Part shown: piece by piece, positions 1-14,410 of the stretch
Layout of the letters: each line of letters opens with the position of its first letter
Position numbering within the stretch: position 1 is the stretch's first letter
Assembly: GCA_030704615.1 (NCBI GenBank)
Contig: CM060732.1
Location: forward strand, 21,576,001 to 21,640,000
Length of the DNA: 64,000 nt
Origin: Takakia lepidozioides
Taxonomy: Eukaryota > Plantae > Bryophyta
Direction of reading: 5' to 3'
Notes under the pieces: model-generated
The model's input: the letters and a program-made list of their open reading frames with translations, nothing else
What the model was told of the DNA's origin: nothing
Database searches by the model: none
Position numbers and translations under genes: made by a program

Positions 1-169
1 GATAGGAAAAATGGAAGAGAGAAAGTCCGCCAGGTTATAATGCCAATTGAATAGGCTAATTGATTATTGACTGGGTTAATTTAGAACGTTATAGTAGCAG
101 TGAAAGAAATGTTGGATTGAAGGAGAAGTGATATTCTAGTTGCAGATATGGATGATTATGAGGCTGCAG

Positions 170-610
170 TGTTAGAAGCTCGTGAGGTTAGGGTCACAAC
201 GCTCAACTTCAGGATATGTTTTTCTTCTTGTCCGGGGTGCAGTTTCCTGGCAAAGTTGGAAACAACCCACTGTGGCTTTATCCTCCCCAGAGTCTGAATA
301 CATTGTTGTTGCCTCTGCTGCTTATAAAGAATCTCTTTGGCTTCGGCAATTATCTCTAAGATAGGTTTTATGTAGTTTGGCAGCACCCAACTGTATTGTG
401 ATAACCAGTCATGCATTGCTCTCACAAAAAACCCGCGGTGTCATGACCGATCTCAACATTTTGAACTTCGATATCATTTCCTTCGTGAAAAAATCAAAGC
501 TCATGAACTTGGACTTCTTTACACCCCACTGAACTTATATGGGCCAATACCTTTACTACATCATTGCCTAAGCTCAAGCATTCAACATTCTGCCTTGCTC
601 TAGGGTTATA
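170..610 (+). mobile_element. Ty1/Copia RNase H remnant, followed by a PPT (~725-737) and a probable 3' LTR from ~738
   Basis: STSGYVFLL..GAVSW.S.KQPTVALSS.ESEYI motif, then YCDNQS and the H(F)ELRYHFLREK motif with stops/frameshifts; AAAGGGAGAG purine tract followed by TG. Confidence 0.85.
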
Positions 611-1194
611 TGGCTTTTGATTTCGGTTCAACAACATCCATCGGTATTGTATTTTGTTGAAGGGGAAGTCATGGAGATATCAAGGTGATATAAAGTCACC
701 AACTACCAGTTCCTTCAGCTCCTGAAAGGGAGAGTATTGATGTGTTATCACACACGTCAGCAACATCGACCTCGATCATTCTATCTATCTGGATGAAACT
801 CTTCATATCAAGAGTTTTAATTCTAGTAGTTGTTAATGATTGGTAGTTGGATAGTTGTAACCATTGATCGTCTCATTGAAGGGCCTTAATGCGTTTTCAC
901 CGTTCATAACTAATTGTTGTTATAAACTTACACAACAGTTTTGGAGTATCTCTCTCTATTTTCTACAAGATTTGGGTGGAAGGAGCTTGTTAAATAAAAT
1001 GATGTGTTGGATCACTTGTTGTGGTTCTTGTGTATAGAATCAGCTGTTCAAGGTTGATATGGTTGTGTTTTTGTGTGTCATAGGGCAACCATTTGTTTCA
1101 TTATCTTTCTTGTGATATTTGCACTTTTGTAGGGCCTCCCATGGCACTTGTAATAGGGACGTTTGACATCGCTGGTGTGTGAATATTTGTCCAG

Positions 1195-1290
1195 CTCACA
1201 TTCAAAACAGTTTCAGGGGAACAACATAAGGCTAGGGCCTCCTGGAGATAGTTATTATGAGCACCTTCTCAAAGTGTGGCTACAGCAAGG
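1195..1290 (+). pseudogene. Orphan exon of a GH47 alpha-1,2-mannosidase (MNS3-like)
   Basis: NNIRLGPPGDSYYEHLLKVWLQQG resembles the GH47 GDSYYEYLxK motif; preceded by an AG acceptor; no other exons recognised nearby. Confidence 0.65.
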
Positions 1291-4144
1291 TGTACACCCC
1301 TTGTCTCCCACTAGAGAGACCTGTTACACTGGTAGTGATTTTGATTGTACAAAAACTACATGATAGAGTGAAACTGAAGCAAATCTTGTAACGTGGAAAC
1401 TTTGCCAATTGTAGGCATACACAACGCTAGTGGGATCAGGCCCCTACTCAACAAAGCTTTTTGGACAGCTGGGTGAGGACTCATGTGATGAGTATGGCAC
1501 CTTAACATGAAGTCCATGGCGATATGGATGGCCGAATATTGTTGCCCTGAAGTTTGCATATGTGATAAATGGGTTCACGATTTTAGTGATGCTCATACGG
1601 TAGACTTTCAGAACAGTTGGTTGCTTCTTTCTCCTTTGGTTGGGTAGAAGTTCTTGACCTTTTGTCTCCTAGTTTGGTTGGCAGGTGGATCACACCATCA
1701 CTAGCACTATCAGCCTCATTGAGGGTGTCGTTCCTCAGTTCATAAAAGAGATGTCCTACTAGGCGTATGATGTGGTGATACCGCAGTTAATTACTACCAA
1801 AAGTATGAGCATACATTAGCTGAGAAAGTGTCTTACAATATTTGGCAAAAGTTTCTTAGTGAACTCCATATGTTCTTCAGGTTGTGAACTTTGTCACCCC
1901 TACCGCAATTTATGGTGCACTCAACAGCTCAATTGTAGCACAACTGTATTGAAGGATAATTATTTTCCCCCGGCTGGTTATCCTTTTGATGCCAGTTGAG
2001 AAAATTGAGCAAACATCCAGACCTACTCCAGCACTAGAGACTGTTAGCACACAATAAATGCAGATTGTCTACAGAACTTTCCTTGGCAGTTGTTGCCCTT
2101 GTGCAGTTGTTTTCACCACTATTTATAATTATGCAGAAGGTTGTAGCATTGAGAGACATATGTTTTATTAGTATGAAATTGTAACAAGTAGCCTTCGAGA
2201 GAGTATGTGTGGACATAGAGTAGATTTGCAATTGGCCAAGTTTTCCGAGGGTATAAGACATTTTAGATCCAAACTAGGATTTAGACATTGGGAATCCCCA
2301 ATTTGCTAAGCGAGCTTCTAAATGACAATCTTGAGTTGGGTGAGGGAATATGCTCTCTTTTCTTCAACAAAATTAAGATAAAAAAAAATCCTAGAGGAAA
2401 TAAACTTTTCCCATTTATGAACCTGCATCAACTTCTCTTTGGCTCTTAGATTCTGACTTGGTAATAAAAAGAGTTTTGTCTGGTAACAACATAACAAGCT
2501 CACCCAGCTCCAGCCCAACGATTCATCAACAGGTCAGGGACTAATTTCTGGGCAGCTCACACACATCAGACTTTGATGTTATTTGTGGGGCCTTTAGACT
2601 TCCATTTGACTTCTAAAGTATCTTATTTCCTTCTTTCTTTACTTATAAAGCTTTAGGTGTTTTGTAGCAAGTTCTCAGATCACACATAAGGTTCTAGAAG
2701 CCTTTACTTTTATTATCTGAAAAGGTCTCTTCTAACTTTGCAACTGTGTCTTCAGGTGCATCAATTGGACAAACAGACCAGTGGAGCTATTGTTGTAGAG
2801 ATCTGCAGTGGTGTCATAAGCACTCATTTTTTTTTTTCTTCTTGCTTCTAGCAACCTTTATAGCTAAGCTGCCAAAAGTATCCATGACTACTTTATCGCC
2901 CATTTCCTTAAAAGCTGGCAAAGTGACATCCTCACACAACATTTCATCATCTGCCGCTATTTCATTGTCCACATCTGTAAGTGCACTGTCTTGTAGAAAC
3001 TAGAGAGACAATAGACCATACTTTTCCATTGCACGATACTGATTTCTATACTCGGAGGATCCTCCCAACCATAGAAACACACGCGTTGCGTGTGCTTCAC
3101 CCTCCGTGCTTACTTACAAAAAGTTCATGAGGCACATCTCTTGTGAAAGGATTTATCAACTACCTAACAACCTCTACTTGTGACTATTCAAGTTCAAGTA
3201 GTTTCTTCATATCTTACAGTATACTAAGTTAACTTATCCTCAACTTAATTATCTATTTAACACTCCCACTAAGTTGGGATGAATTGACTTATACTAACTC
3301 ATGTTAAACTTATGCTCACACTCCTACTAAGTTAGGACAAGTGAAACGAGTCTAGGAGCAATAGCGGTTGTCGCTTGCTGGTCCAACTTACAGCTCCAGA
3401 AGTTAAAAGAAAAACCTAACTTGATGTAGATTTCTGCTGTCAAAATCACTAATCCAGTCTGCATCGGTATAACCATGACAAATCACCTGGGATGTGGAAG
3501 AGGAAGGGCTGTTAGAGTGTCATGTGTAAAGTAGTTCACGATTGAGATAGCGAAGGACTCGGTTGATTGTAGACCTGTGAGTAGCTCTAGGATTGGTCAA
3601 ATGTTGTGACACAACTCCAACTGCATAAGCTATGTTGGGTCGCGTGCACACCATTGCATACATTAAAATCCCAATACTCGACTAATAGAGAATTTCAGTC
3701 ATCTTCTGCTTGTTCTTCAGTACTTGGTGACAAGTCTTTAGTTAGTTTGAGGCCAGATTCAAGAGGAATAGTAACTGGTTTACAATCCTCTATGCCAAGC
3801 GTTTAAGTAATCATTTATATACTTAGACTAATTTAATTCCACACTACGTAGGTGACAGGTCATTTTAAATTTGAATACCAAGACAATATTCGATTTCACC
3901 CATAGCAGTCATGTCAAATTCCGTACATAGTTCAGAGCTTTGATTTGTGGTGACTATAACAAAATCATCGATATACAGAGCGCAATTGCCACAAAGAAAG
4001 CTACGTTTTTGACACAAACGTTGGTGTCAGCTATACTACACTCAAAATCGGTTATAGTAAATAGGTGTTAATACGAGCATATCATGCGCGTGGACTCTAT
4101 TTTAAGCCATGTAAGCTTTTATGGAGTTTATATACAAGGTTAGC

Positions 4145-5241
4145 CACTACTACGTTTAGGGGGGTTTAACGACGCCTCTCCCCCCGTGGCGCCTCTCCCG
4201 TGCAACGCCTCCGCCGCGCCCCCACCTTGTATAATACCAAAATCCACAAAAGGCCAAGTCCTACAATGCGACTCCTCAAACGTCGCATCTGAGTAAAATT
4301 TAAAAAAAATGTCGCAGCTGGTCTGCTACGCACTAGGGGTTGGTCCCTGGTGCGACCTTCCGGACGTCGGTTAGGAGGTTGCGACGCGCGTCATTTCAAG
4401 CACCCCGGAAAACCAAAAAATAAAAATAAAAATGTTATTTTTTAAATGCGACGCCCTGGGCGTCGTTTTTTAGTTTTTTTTTTGGAGAATTTTTGGTTAG
4501 TCATTTTTACCGACACCAATGACTAGATTATTTTTTTGGTTTCTGCAGTAGAAGGTACAGGAAAAGCGACGCCGGAGACGTCGCTTACATTTGAACGACG
4601 TGAGGAGTGTCGCTTTGAGGTCCCAACGAGCAACCGATGTATGCACGAACTACCTTATGTACAATTAAATCGTGTGTTTGTGTGTAAGTTTTGGTAACTG
4701 ATATGTTGGTTAGTGTGAAGTGTATTACTATGTGTATAATCTAGAGGTCTTGAGTTTGCCTAACAACACGCTGAATGATTTAAGAACTCGATATGTGTCG
4801 TCTACTTGCAAACAGATGCTCATGGGTAGGTTTGACACTACGTGGCAAATGTGTGTCTTGCCATTTTTTATACTGTGTGGATCCCACTATTTTTCAAAAT
4901 CCAAAATTCAAAAAAACCTCAATAAGCAACCCCCAGAGCGTCGCTTTTAAAAAACGACGTCCCCCCCCCCCAATGTATGGCTATAGTGACGTCCCGGGAG
5001 TGGGGATCTTCAGTGGGGTTGGATTTGCGGACCCCCCCCCCCCCCCCCCTCCCCCCGGGCGTCGCCTTAAGTCCGGCATCTGCGACGTTCTCATAGCGAC
5101 GCATCCGGCGTCGCAGATTTGCGATTTTCGCGGGCCCAGAAATAGGCGAATAGCGATGCCCAGGGCGTCGCTCGGGCATCGCTACCCCCCCCCCCCCCCC
5201 CCCCCCCCCCTCCCCCCCCCCCTCCCCTGAACGGTGTAATG
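4145..5241. mobile_element. Non-autonomous CACTA (En/Spm-type) DNA transposon inserted in Copia RT
   Basis: Left end CACTACTACGTTTAGGGG; right end CCCCTGAACGGTGTAATG (imperfect inverted repeat); 3-bp TSD AGC on both sides; many GCGACG/CGTCGC subterminal repeats; the Copia RT reading resumes across it. Confidence 0.85.
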
Positions 5242-5665
5242 AGCTTTGTCTGTTTGAACAAAATGTATATGTCTTCATCAATTTCACCAATAGAAATGTA
5301 GTCTTTCCATCCATTTGATGGACTTTATAGTACTCGTATTTAGCAGCAAGGGCCAAAAGAACTTGAATTGAAGTGAGTTTCAGTATTGGTAAGAAGGTTT
5401 CAACATAGTCAATACCTAGAACCTCGGAGTTGCCTCTGGCAACTAAACGTGCCTTGTATTTATCAACCTGTCCATTAGCTTTAGGTTTGATATGAAAAAT
5501 CCATCTACAACCAATCTCCATCTATCCATCTAGCAGTTCTTCCAAGAGACAACTTGGTTAAGATTCATGTTTTATTTTTTATTTGTGAGTTATATTCTTC
5601 TTGGACTGCATCATGCCATTGATTGACATCCTCCTTACCGTGGCCACTTTAAGGGTTTCTAGAAA

Positions 5666-7175
5666 TGTTAAAGATATGAAGCGTCACACCCTATGGTATC
5701 TAAACATTGAGTAGCAGTTACTAGTTAGTTCTAAACTTGTAGTTATCTGTTACGTTGGTAGGTACACGTGATATAGATGTTAATTGGCATCAAAACAGAC
5801 ATTTCTGCTTGTGTTGTGAATCATATCTTAATGGTATGCTCATAGAAAATATTATATCTCTCTCCTGCAATTATATTGTCTTGTCTTGTCGAGTCTATGT
5901 GATTTGGGCATTGTGACATGGTATTAGAGTCACTTAGAAAGCAAGGCGGAAAGACTATACTAAGTGTCATTTAGAGAGAACTAGATCAATTCATAAGCAC
6001 GGCCGGAGTAGTTAAGAACTTAGGATTAAAACTCTGTTTAATAGAATCTACGTTCGACGGAGAAAACTTCCATATTTGGAAGCTCCAAATGTTATTATTA
6101 GATAGAGATCTTTGGTCCATAGTAGACAAGAGTGAAGTGATCCAAATGCTATAAGAGAGTGGGAGAAGAGAGATGGAAAAGCACGTGCATCAATTCAATT
6201 AAATTTGACTCTCAAATCTTACATGTCAGTCAAGCTACAACATCTAACGCGGCATGAGATCATTTGGTAACAGTATTTTAAACCAAATACGTCACTTCTA
6301 AGCTTTATTTAAGAAGGAGACCGCCCCATTTAAAAATATCTCAATCAGAACATGTAGTAAAGCATGTTAGTAATTTTAGATCATTAATCTATCAATTGGC
6401 AGGGGTAGGGTCTCCTATGTCTGCTGATTAGGTAGTCATCTTATTAGGTAGTCTACCAAAGTCTTTTGATAGCCTAGCCATTTCTCTTAGTAGTTAACAA
6501 GCGGTTAACTATGGAAATGGTGCTACTACAAGAAAAAATGAGGCGAAGAGATTTCGGGGTTGAGACAACTGAGAGTGTTGATTCGTTTGTTGGAAGGAGA
6601 TTAATAGGTCCTAATAAAAAAAAAAGGAGCCTCGGAAGCAAAAAAAAAATAGCAATATGAGTTTTAGTAGTACACCAACCAAAGGGTCGTCAAATAGTTT
6701 GTTAAATAATTCTCTTACAATTAAGAAGAAAGAATTTAAGGGCAAAATTTTTTATTGCAAGAAAGTTGGTGATCACATTTACGAAGGAGTGTAGGAGCAG
6801 AATGGTAGACGGGTAGATGAAGAATGGAGATGGAAAGACCCAAGCTTACTCGGTGGAGGATGCTAATACTATCAACTGTGAAAACTTATTTATTAGAGCT
6901 CTCTCTACTTCTTTATCAAATGATCTTGATGATTGGTATTTTGACCTAGGGGCCGGTTAACATATGACCTCTAACAAATATCTATTTGTAAAGTACAAAC
7001 AATGGGATCTTGTTCATAAGGTTTACTTAGGAGACGACAATAGTCACATAATTCAGGGTCAAGGCCGGGTTTGCTTTATGTAAGAAGGAAGAAAGAAGTA
7101 TATAGATGATGTGCTACATGTTCCAAGATTTACCAAGAATTTACTCTCAGTGAGTAAAATTATTGCAACTTGAGT
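5666..7175 (+). mobile_element. Truncated Copia (5' LTR 5666-5918, PBS, gag/protease remnant) nested in the 2992-8215 element
   Basis: TG...CA LTR followed by TGGTATTAGAG PBS (5919); FDGENFHIWK gag start; WYFDLGA protease motif; VLHVP..TKNLLSVSKI. Confidence 0.8.
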
Positions 7176-10100
7176 TTCACACTGATTATTGTCTATTTGG
7201 ACCACTGCTCAAATTGCTATTACTTCCTCTCCAGTTAGTGCTTGAGAGTGAAATGTGGTAGGCCTCTTAAATCTGTTAGGATTTGGGCCTCTTTTCCCAC
7301 TATACAAAGCAGTTATCTCTGTTCTCTCCGTACAGTTCTACGGTTCTTTTAGTTTCTTCCTCCAACAAGGGATTTAAGGTCTCATGGAGGGTACCGACTC
7401 GACCGGTCTGAGACATAAGAAGGCTTGCATAGGAGTTGGGCATAAAGCCCAAAAGTGCTCCAGTAGCATCAGCGTCGGACATCTGCCCGCCCGCTATGAC
7501 GAGCTCATTTAGAGAATAACTGAAGCAATCAAAGTGATGCCGAACATTTTCTTACTCAGCCATCTTTAGTGTGAAAAAACGTTGTGTAAGATAATTTGTA
7601 TCGACAACATTGGTTGTCTGAAATCAAGTGTGAAGTAGATCCTAAATTTCTTTGGAGGTTTGCAAGGACTAGTGTACTAATTGTTATCCTTCATACATAA
7701 CAATAGATTAGCTCTTGCCTTAGAATCTTTAATATCCCAGGTAGGCTGATTCGTCGGAGTGATTGGTTTAATTGTGGATCCATCGACATGATCCCACTGT
7801 TATTTTCACTGGAGAAACATCTCCATGCGAATAGACCAGGTTTGTGAGTTTCTATCATCGAATCTATCAAGTAATCGTTCAGGCCTAGTAGAAGCCATAG
7901 CTAATGAGTGCTAGAGACAAATGTTTGATCGTCTCGTAGCACTCACAAAGCTGTGATACCATGTAGAAATTATAGAGACAATAGACTACACTTTTCCATA
8001 GCACGAACACTGAAGTTCTATATTCAGAGGATCCTCCCAACCATAGAAACACAAACTCTGCGTGTGTTTCACCCTCCGTGTTTACTTACAAAGAGTTCAA
8101 GATGCACATCTCTTGTGAAATGGTTTATCAACTACCTAATAAGCTTTATTTGTGACTATTCAAGTTCAAGCAGTATCTTACAGTACATTATGTTAACTTA
8201 CTTATATATTTAACATGTCTGGCATCTTCTTATAAGTCAGCTACCAATGCGCATTTGTTTGACCTCTTGATTCTCTCTCAATCTTGTCTGTAGATTTATT
8301 TTTTGCCAACACTGCAGCCTATTCTAGCAAAATGAGAGATGGAAGAGTGCACGTTGGTGAATCCAGAGCAGTATTTTAGTGGAGGAAAGCAAGGACGAAG
8401 GAGCATGGTTGGAAGTGGCAAATGCAATAAGTCTTGATATGATGTTGTGGATGTAATTTGTGAACAGGCGGTTGGTGCTGAAGCAGCAAGTTTCTTATTT
8501 ATTGCTCAAACTATTGGAAGCTACAATTGGAACGAGGTAGGGAATTAAGTATAATTGGCAGACTTGTTGCCACCAGAATGCATGAGGAGTTGAGTTTGAG
8601 GAGACGATGACGAAGACTGTACCTTTGCAGTGCAGCAATTACCCAACGATCGTTATGCAGAAGCAGTTAGATATTATAACGTTGGGAAAGAAGGTTTGGT
8701 GGTGTAGAAGTTAGTAACATTCAACCAACCGCAACTGTGACACCAGTGTCATTATCAAAGGAGAGAGAAGGGGAGTATTAGATGACAATGGATAGTCTGA
8801 AGCTGTAGGCATATGAGAACATGTTAGATATGGCTGAGATGGTGTGTAATTGAAGAAACAGCTTCCTATGGCTTCATTGGCCTACGATTTTGATGTGTGC
8901 TTGTTGAGAGCAATATTGGGAGAGATAGTAGATCAAAACCCTATTAATTTTATTTGTGGCACCAATGTGTTGCCTTGGAATGGAGGAGCACAATAATTTC
9001 TAAGCAAGCGGTTAAGGCATTAGATTTATGATAGAATGTTTGCAGGCACTTCACATGTAGGAGTGGGGCTAGAATAATAATTATTTTTCTATTTGATTAG
9101 AATGAGGTTTAGAAAGCTAAGTAGAAAAGATCGAACTCAGAATGTATACATGTATAGTTATTTTGGGCTTTTATCGAGTAAAATTATGAAATCAGCCAAT
9201 TGGATATAAAATTTGGAATCATTCAAAAATTGGGTCTAAAGATATTTGCAGATGGACAGAATAAAATGGGATGATAAACTCAAAGGCAGACTCAAAATTG
9301 GATGAATAATTGGATGAAGAATGTGGTTGTTAGAGAATTGGGTAGTTAGAATTGGTGAAGTAGTTAGAGCCATTCCAAAGTAGTGATATAAAAAGGGCGA
9401 TTGTGTTGGAGAAGAGGTCATTTGTGGAAGAATGCCAAGGCCCTAGCAGATAGAGAGATGCTAGTTGATTGTTTTGTCAATTTCAGTTCATATAGATAGA
9501 AACTTCGGATGTTAAAAGTGAAAGATGGTGCACAGACCTAAGGAGATAAGGCTCTATAATTCAATAATTGATATTCATGACACTGGTCCCCAGTCAGAGT
9601 CCTTTGCCCATTGGCTACTCTTCAAAGAGAAGAAACAGTTCTTTATTGCCTCCGTCCTGTGGATATTGTAGGGTTTCTTTCTTTCTTTGAAAACTCATTT
9701 CATTTCTTTTGTGACTTGGGGTTTCTTGCCCAGCTCTCCCTTGCTATCTAAGGAATCTTATGGTTTCATCATATATTGGCATCATTTGTTTTCGACATTG
9801 ATTAAGCACAACAACTGCTCAAGAGCCTGACATAGCACCGTGGAACTCCTTGGGAAGTCCAACCAGGGCTAGAAGGTTCCAATCCATTTTTTAATAGATT
9901 GGTCAAGATACCAAGTGGTTGATGATGTAGACTCGTCTGAAATTTGACAATGAACTGCCCCGGCTCTGCTTGTGGCACAGTCATTATGTGTGGGCTTCTT
10001 ACGGCGCAACTTATAAGGTCAAATACTCTTCTTAGTTGAAAATTTGCGTACTTGTTGTGATCTTCCATTCTGGACAGTATGTTTCTATATGGATCGATTG

Positions 10101-10879
10101 TAACATACAAGGCTGACCTCGGTTGTTTACTTAAGTATTGTCAGCTTCAAACTGTCAATATACTTGCAGCCAATCAGCTTTTCAGTACAAGTGGAGAGGG
10201 ACAACATATATTTGCTGGTTTGGGGATTATCTTCTATACACTCTCATTGTTATAAGGCCTCCTGCTAACTTGAGCTCGCGCTCCTATCAGTGAAGCTGGA
10301 ATCATAATCTAAGAATAAAGGAATAACTAGTGTGTCCACATTTTCGTACTCGATATCAGCTGAGATTTCTCAGTACAACCACCAGGGGTGGGTCTGCCAA
10401 GTGCTCAAGTTGAGACAACCTCGTGAACCATAAATTATAATATAAATCAAAACAACCTTCTCATTTTTGGGCCAGAAAAGATATTTATTGTGAACATTGG
10501 AGTGTACAATTTGTGGAATTTTTGTGGTGGAATGTAGGAGAGAATAAATTGATAAATCATTGAATTACTACTTGGTTGTGTAAAATCGATGTAGAATTAT
10601 TTTAGAATTGGAATAGAAACTGGAAAGTTCAATGTAGAGAAGGACAATTACTATGGTGATTACAAAATGATTTAGATAGAGTTATATCTGAGTATAGAAA
10701 GAGATTTTGGATCTGAAATTGGAACATAAGTATTAGAAATGCAGACCAAAGGATAATTTGATGGTTACTACGTAGATTAGAATACATTTGATCATGGCAT
10801 AGCTTTTCATTGGGTTGTTTGGATGCTTTCAGTGAGAACGAATCCGTAGAGTTAATTAGACCCTTTAATCTAATTCGAA

Positions 10880-12560
10880 ACTCCATAATAATCTACAGGC
10901 TACTCATTATGGTACATCATCTCTCTCGACTACACCTCGCAACTCTTCATCAGTAGTTGCTCATGGTTCTCGGAGATCTGAGCGATCAACTAAAGGCACT
11001 TCGAAGTCTAATAAATTTAGAGATGATAACTTTTATGCTTCCGCATTTTTGGCTTCAGGTTTTTCTGATCCTTCCACTGTTTCTTAAACATTGGCTAGTC
11101 CTCGTGCTGCACAGTGGAGAGTCGCCATTCAAGGAGAGTAAAACTCATTACTTGAAAATAAAACCTAGCAACTAGTTGAGAGACCGGAAGAGACCACCCA
11201 ACATATCCGTGGTTACAAACAAATGGATCTTTTGTAAGAAATACAATTCAGATGGGACTCTTGCCAGGTTTAAAGCTCGATTGGTGGCTTAAAGCTACAC
11301 CCAAAAGGAAGTAGTCCAACATAAACACCACTTGTTGTTCCAGTTGTTCTAGGTCTTTATGGTGATGATCTACTATTGGTCTCCAAAAATCAAATTTTTT
11401 TGGATGAAGCAAAATCTATTTTGGCTCAAGCGTTCCATATGAGCAACAATGGTGATCTCAAGTACATCATGGTATCCAGCTCAAACGCAATCATCCTACT
11501 AAGAAAAAATTTAGCTAGTTTATGTCTGATCCTGGCCAATTGATACTAGAGACGATAATTGGTTATCTCTTGCGGGAGATACGACGAAAAACTAGTGGTA
11601 CATCTGTAACAGATAAACAGATAACTCTTTACTACAAACAAAGAGTTTGAAATGGTCGACATGAGACCTCTCCAGTATTGCCTTGATATCCAAGTTCAAC
11701 GGAATAGGGAAACCAAGACAATTCACTCACATCAACACAAGTATTTAACTGAAGTATTGAAACGGTACCATATGGAAAATGCGAAACCAGTCAGTACTCC
11801 AGTCGAGGTTGGGGTAAAGCTAACACGCTCAAATGAGCGACAAACAGAGACTGAAGAAGAGGATACGATGACATTTCCATATCAGTCGGCTGTGGATAGC
11901 TAATCTAATGTATGCTATGGTTAGCACTAGACCAGATATCAGTTTTGTAGGAGTTGTCTCTCGACATCTTTCAAAACCCAACAAGCACCATTGGTCGGCG
12001 GTAAAACGTATCATGCGATACTTATAGAGAACATTAATCCAAGTGATCACATATCAAGGTAGTCTGTCTAAGGAAGATCACATGGAACTTATAGGCTATA
12101 CAGATGCTGACTGGGCGGGAGATGCAGATGACAGAAGATCTACAACTGGATATTGTTTTAAATTGGCAGGGGGACCAATCAGTTGGAGCAGCAAGAGACA
12201 AAACACAATCGCTCTCTCGAGTACGGAGGCCGAGTATATGGCGGCGACACATACAGTGAACAAAGCCATTTGGCTTCAATCATTGTTGGCAGATATGGGA
12301 GAAGCATAGGAACGGTCTACAGTTTTATACTGTGATAATCAAAATGCAATTGCACTTACACTTCATCCCAAGTATCATGCGCGTACCAAGCATATTGGTA
12401 TTTATTATCATTTTATCAGGGAGAAGGTGACGTCTAAAGAGGTAGTGCTACAATACTGCTCAACTGAAGAAATGATTGTAGATGCCTTCACCAAAGGACT
12501 TCCGAAGGACAAACATAACTGGTGCCGAGAAGCAGCAGGAGTTAGTGAGAATCTGAAGGA
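10880..12560 (+). mobile_element. Copia RT/RNase H fragments
   Basis: KWIFCKKYNSDGTLARFKARLVA at ~11220; ORFs 11652-11903 and 12043-12309 (GYTDADWAGDADDRRSTTGYCF...ALSSTEAEY); KHI.IYYHFIREKV. Confidence 0.9.
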
Positions 12561-12599
12561 GGCTATGCTGGAAAGGTAATAAGCCCAACCTTAGTCATC

Positions 12600-14410
12600 T
12601 CAAAGTTTTTGGTTGTAAGGCTTTTGAACATGTTCATGATGACATGAGGAAAAAACTTGAGCCGAAGTCCATCCGATCTCAATTTATTGGGTATGGTGAA
12701 CACGATGGCATCAAAGGTTATAAACTATATAATTGGGCTACCATCATTCAGTAGGGATGTGATCTTTGACGAAAATTCGGTGCTTATGCCTAAACGTTCA
12801 AGTGTTCTTCCCTCTGAATCAACTCATATTCATGAGACAAATCAATTACCAATTATGGATGAATTACGAGGCCATACCTACAATTTTGAAGGTATGGCTT
12901 GTGGCAAGAGGGTTTATTCAAATAGAAGGTCTCGATTATGGTGAGACTTTCTCTCCTGTGGTTAAGATCACTTCTCTCCGCATTCTGATTGCCTTATCTG
13001 CAATTAATGATTATTATATATATCAACTTGATGTTCAAACGGCCTTCCTTCACGGACAACTTACCGAGGAAATCTACATGCAACAATCACCCGGGTACGT
13101 TCCAATAGACCAAGAAAATAAAGTCTGCAGATTATTGAAAACCTCTATGGGTTGAAACAGAGTCCCCATATGTGGTATGTGCGATTCAACACTCATCTCT
13201 TGCATACAGGCTACACTCCGTGTCATGGCGATACCAATATTTATATTCGTAGGACGAAAGATGGAACTTTTCTCCTCCTAGGTCTCTACGTTGATGACTC
13301 CGTGATTATTTCCCTTTATCTTATTGCCTCAGTATACAAGTGGTGCGTAACAGGTCCAACCAGTCCATTTTACTCACTCAAGAGAAGTGTATTTCTAATA
13401 TCCTTACAAAGTATAACATGACATACAGTAAGCTGTCACTACTCCAATGGTTTTTGGTGCTAAACTCACTAATTAATGAGTCCCCTCACTCCTACAGAAC
13501 AGCTTGAGATGAAAGATGTCCCATATGCCAATGTTATTGGCAGTCTCATGTACTTGGTCAACAATACTCGACCTGACCTTACATTTGCGGTTGGCCATTG
13601 TGCTCAATTTATGGCCAATCCGGTTCCTCTACATTGGGCTGCTGTTAAACGGATCCTTCGATACTTAAAATATACTAGTAAGTGGGGTCTTCACTACTCT
13701 GCAGGCGCCAAACAAGATGTTGACTGGGCAGGAGACCCAAACTCTCGGAAATCCACCTCTGGATACGTCTTCTTACTTGGGGGCTGGGGAGCGATATAAT
13801 CAATCTACCGTTGCTCTCTCATCTACCGAGTCTGAGTACATAGCTGCTGCCAAAGAGGCCATCTGGCTCCGTTACATGTTTAAGGACTTGGGGTTTGAAC
13901 AACCTGAAGCATTATCACTTCATTGTGTAAACCGTGCATTGCCTTGACATTAAACCCTCACTTTCACGGTCGCACCAAACATATCGAATTACGGTATCAT
14001 TTTCTTCGAGAGAAGGTGGAAAGCAAGGATCTTGCGTTACATTATCGTCCCACTGAGGAAATGTGGGCTGATATACTCACGAAGGCTCTCCCAAAACCTA
14101 AGCATGACATTTGCTGTCATGAAATTGGACTAAGAAATTCAATAAGTTCTTAAATCTAAATGTTTTAATTAAGGGAGGGTGTTGGATGTTAATTCAACAT
14201 TTGGATAACGTATAGATTTCATCTATATTGTGATACGGCTTTAGAAGAGCTAGCATGAAAGGACACGACCTTTCATAATCTGAACTGTCTTATTATCCTC
14301 TTGTAAAGAAGACATTTTCATAATAAAATTATCTTACTTAGAGATCATCTCTCTCACACCATCTTGGTCATGAGTGCTCTAGATAATTTACATTCCTCAC
14401 TAACTTGACA
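12600..14410 (+). mobile_element. Second Copia 3' portion (integrase end, RT, RNase H, PPT, probable 3' LTR 14180-14410)
   Basis: SRDVIFDE, QLDVQTAFLHG, LYVDD, HWAAVKRILRYLK, KHIELRYHFLREKV; AAGGGAGGG PPT at 14171-14179 followed by TGTTGG. Confidence 0.9.

Larger units (their letters stand above)
2992..8215 (-). mobile_element. Decayed Copia LTR retrotransposon with both LTRs and TSD, containing nested insertions
   Basis: LTRs at 2992-3262 and 7962-8215 (TGTAGAAA...TAACA, clearly homologous); TSD TGTCT at 2987-2991 and 8216-8220; PBS (TGGTATCA, minus strand) next to 7962; PPT (AGTGGGAG, minus strand) next to 3262; gag remnants ~7200-7900; RT (KYKARLVARG) 5245-5521 and ~3850-4140. Confidence 0.9.

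Noticed and set aside
4793-5230. Proline-rich ORF
   Set aside because: Translation of poly-C tracts in the CACTA element.
8330-10880. Possible LINE remnants (also ~19990-20200)
   Set aside because: Too decayed; no diagnostic RT or endonuclease motif I can support.
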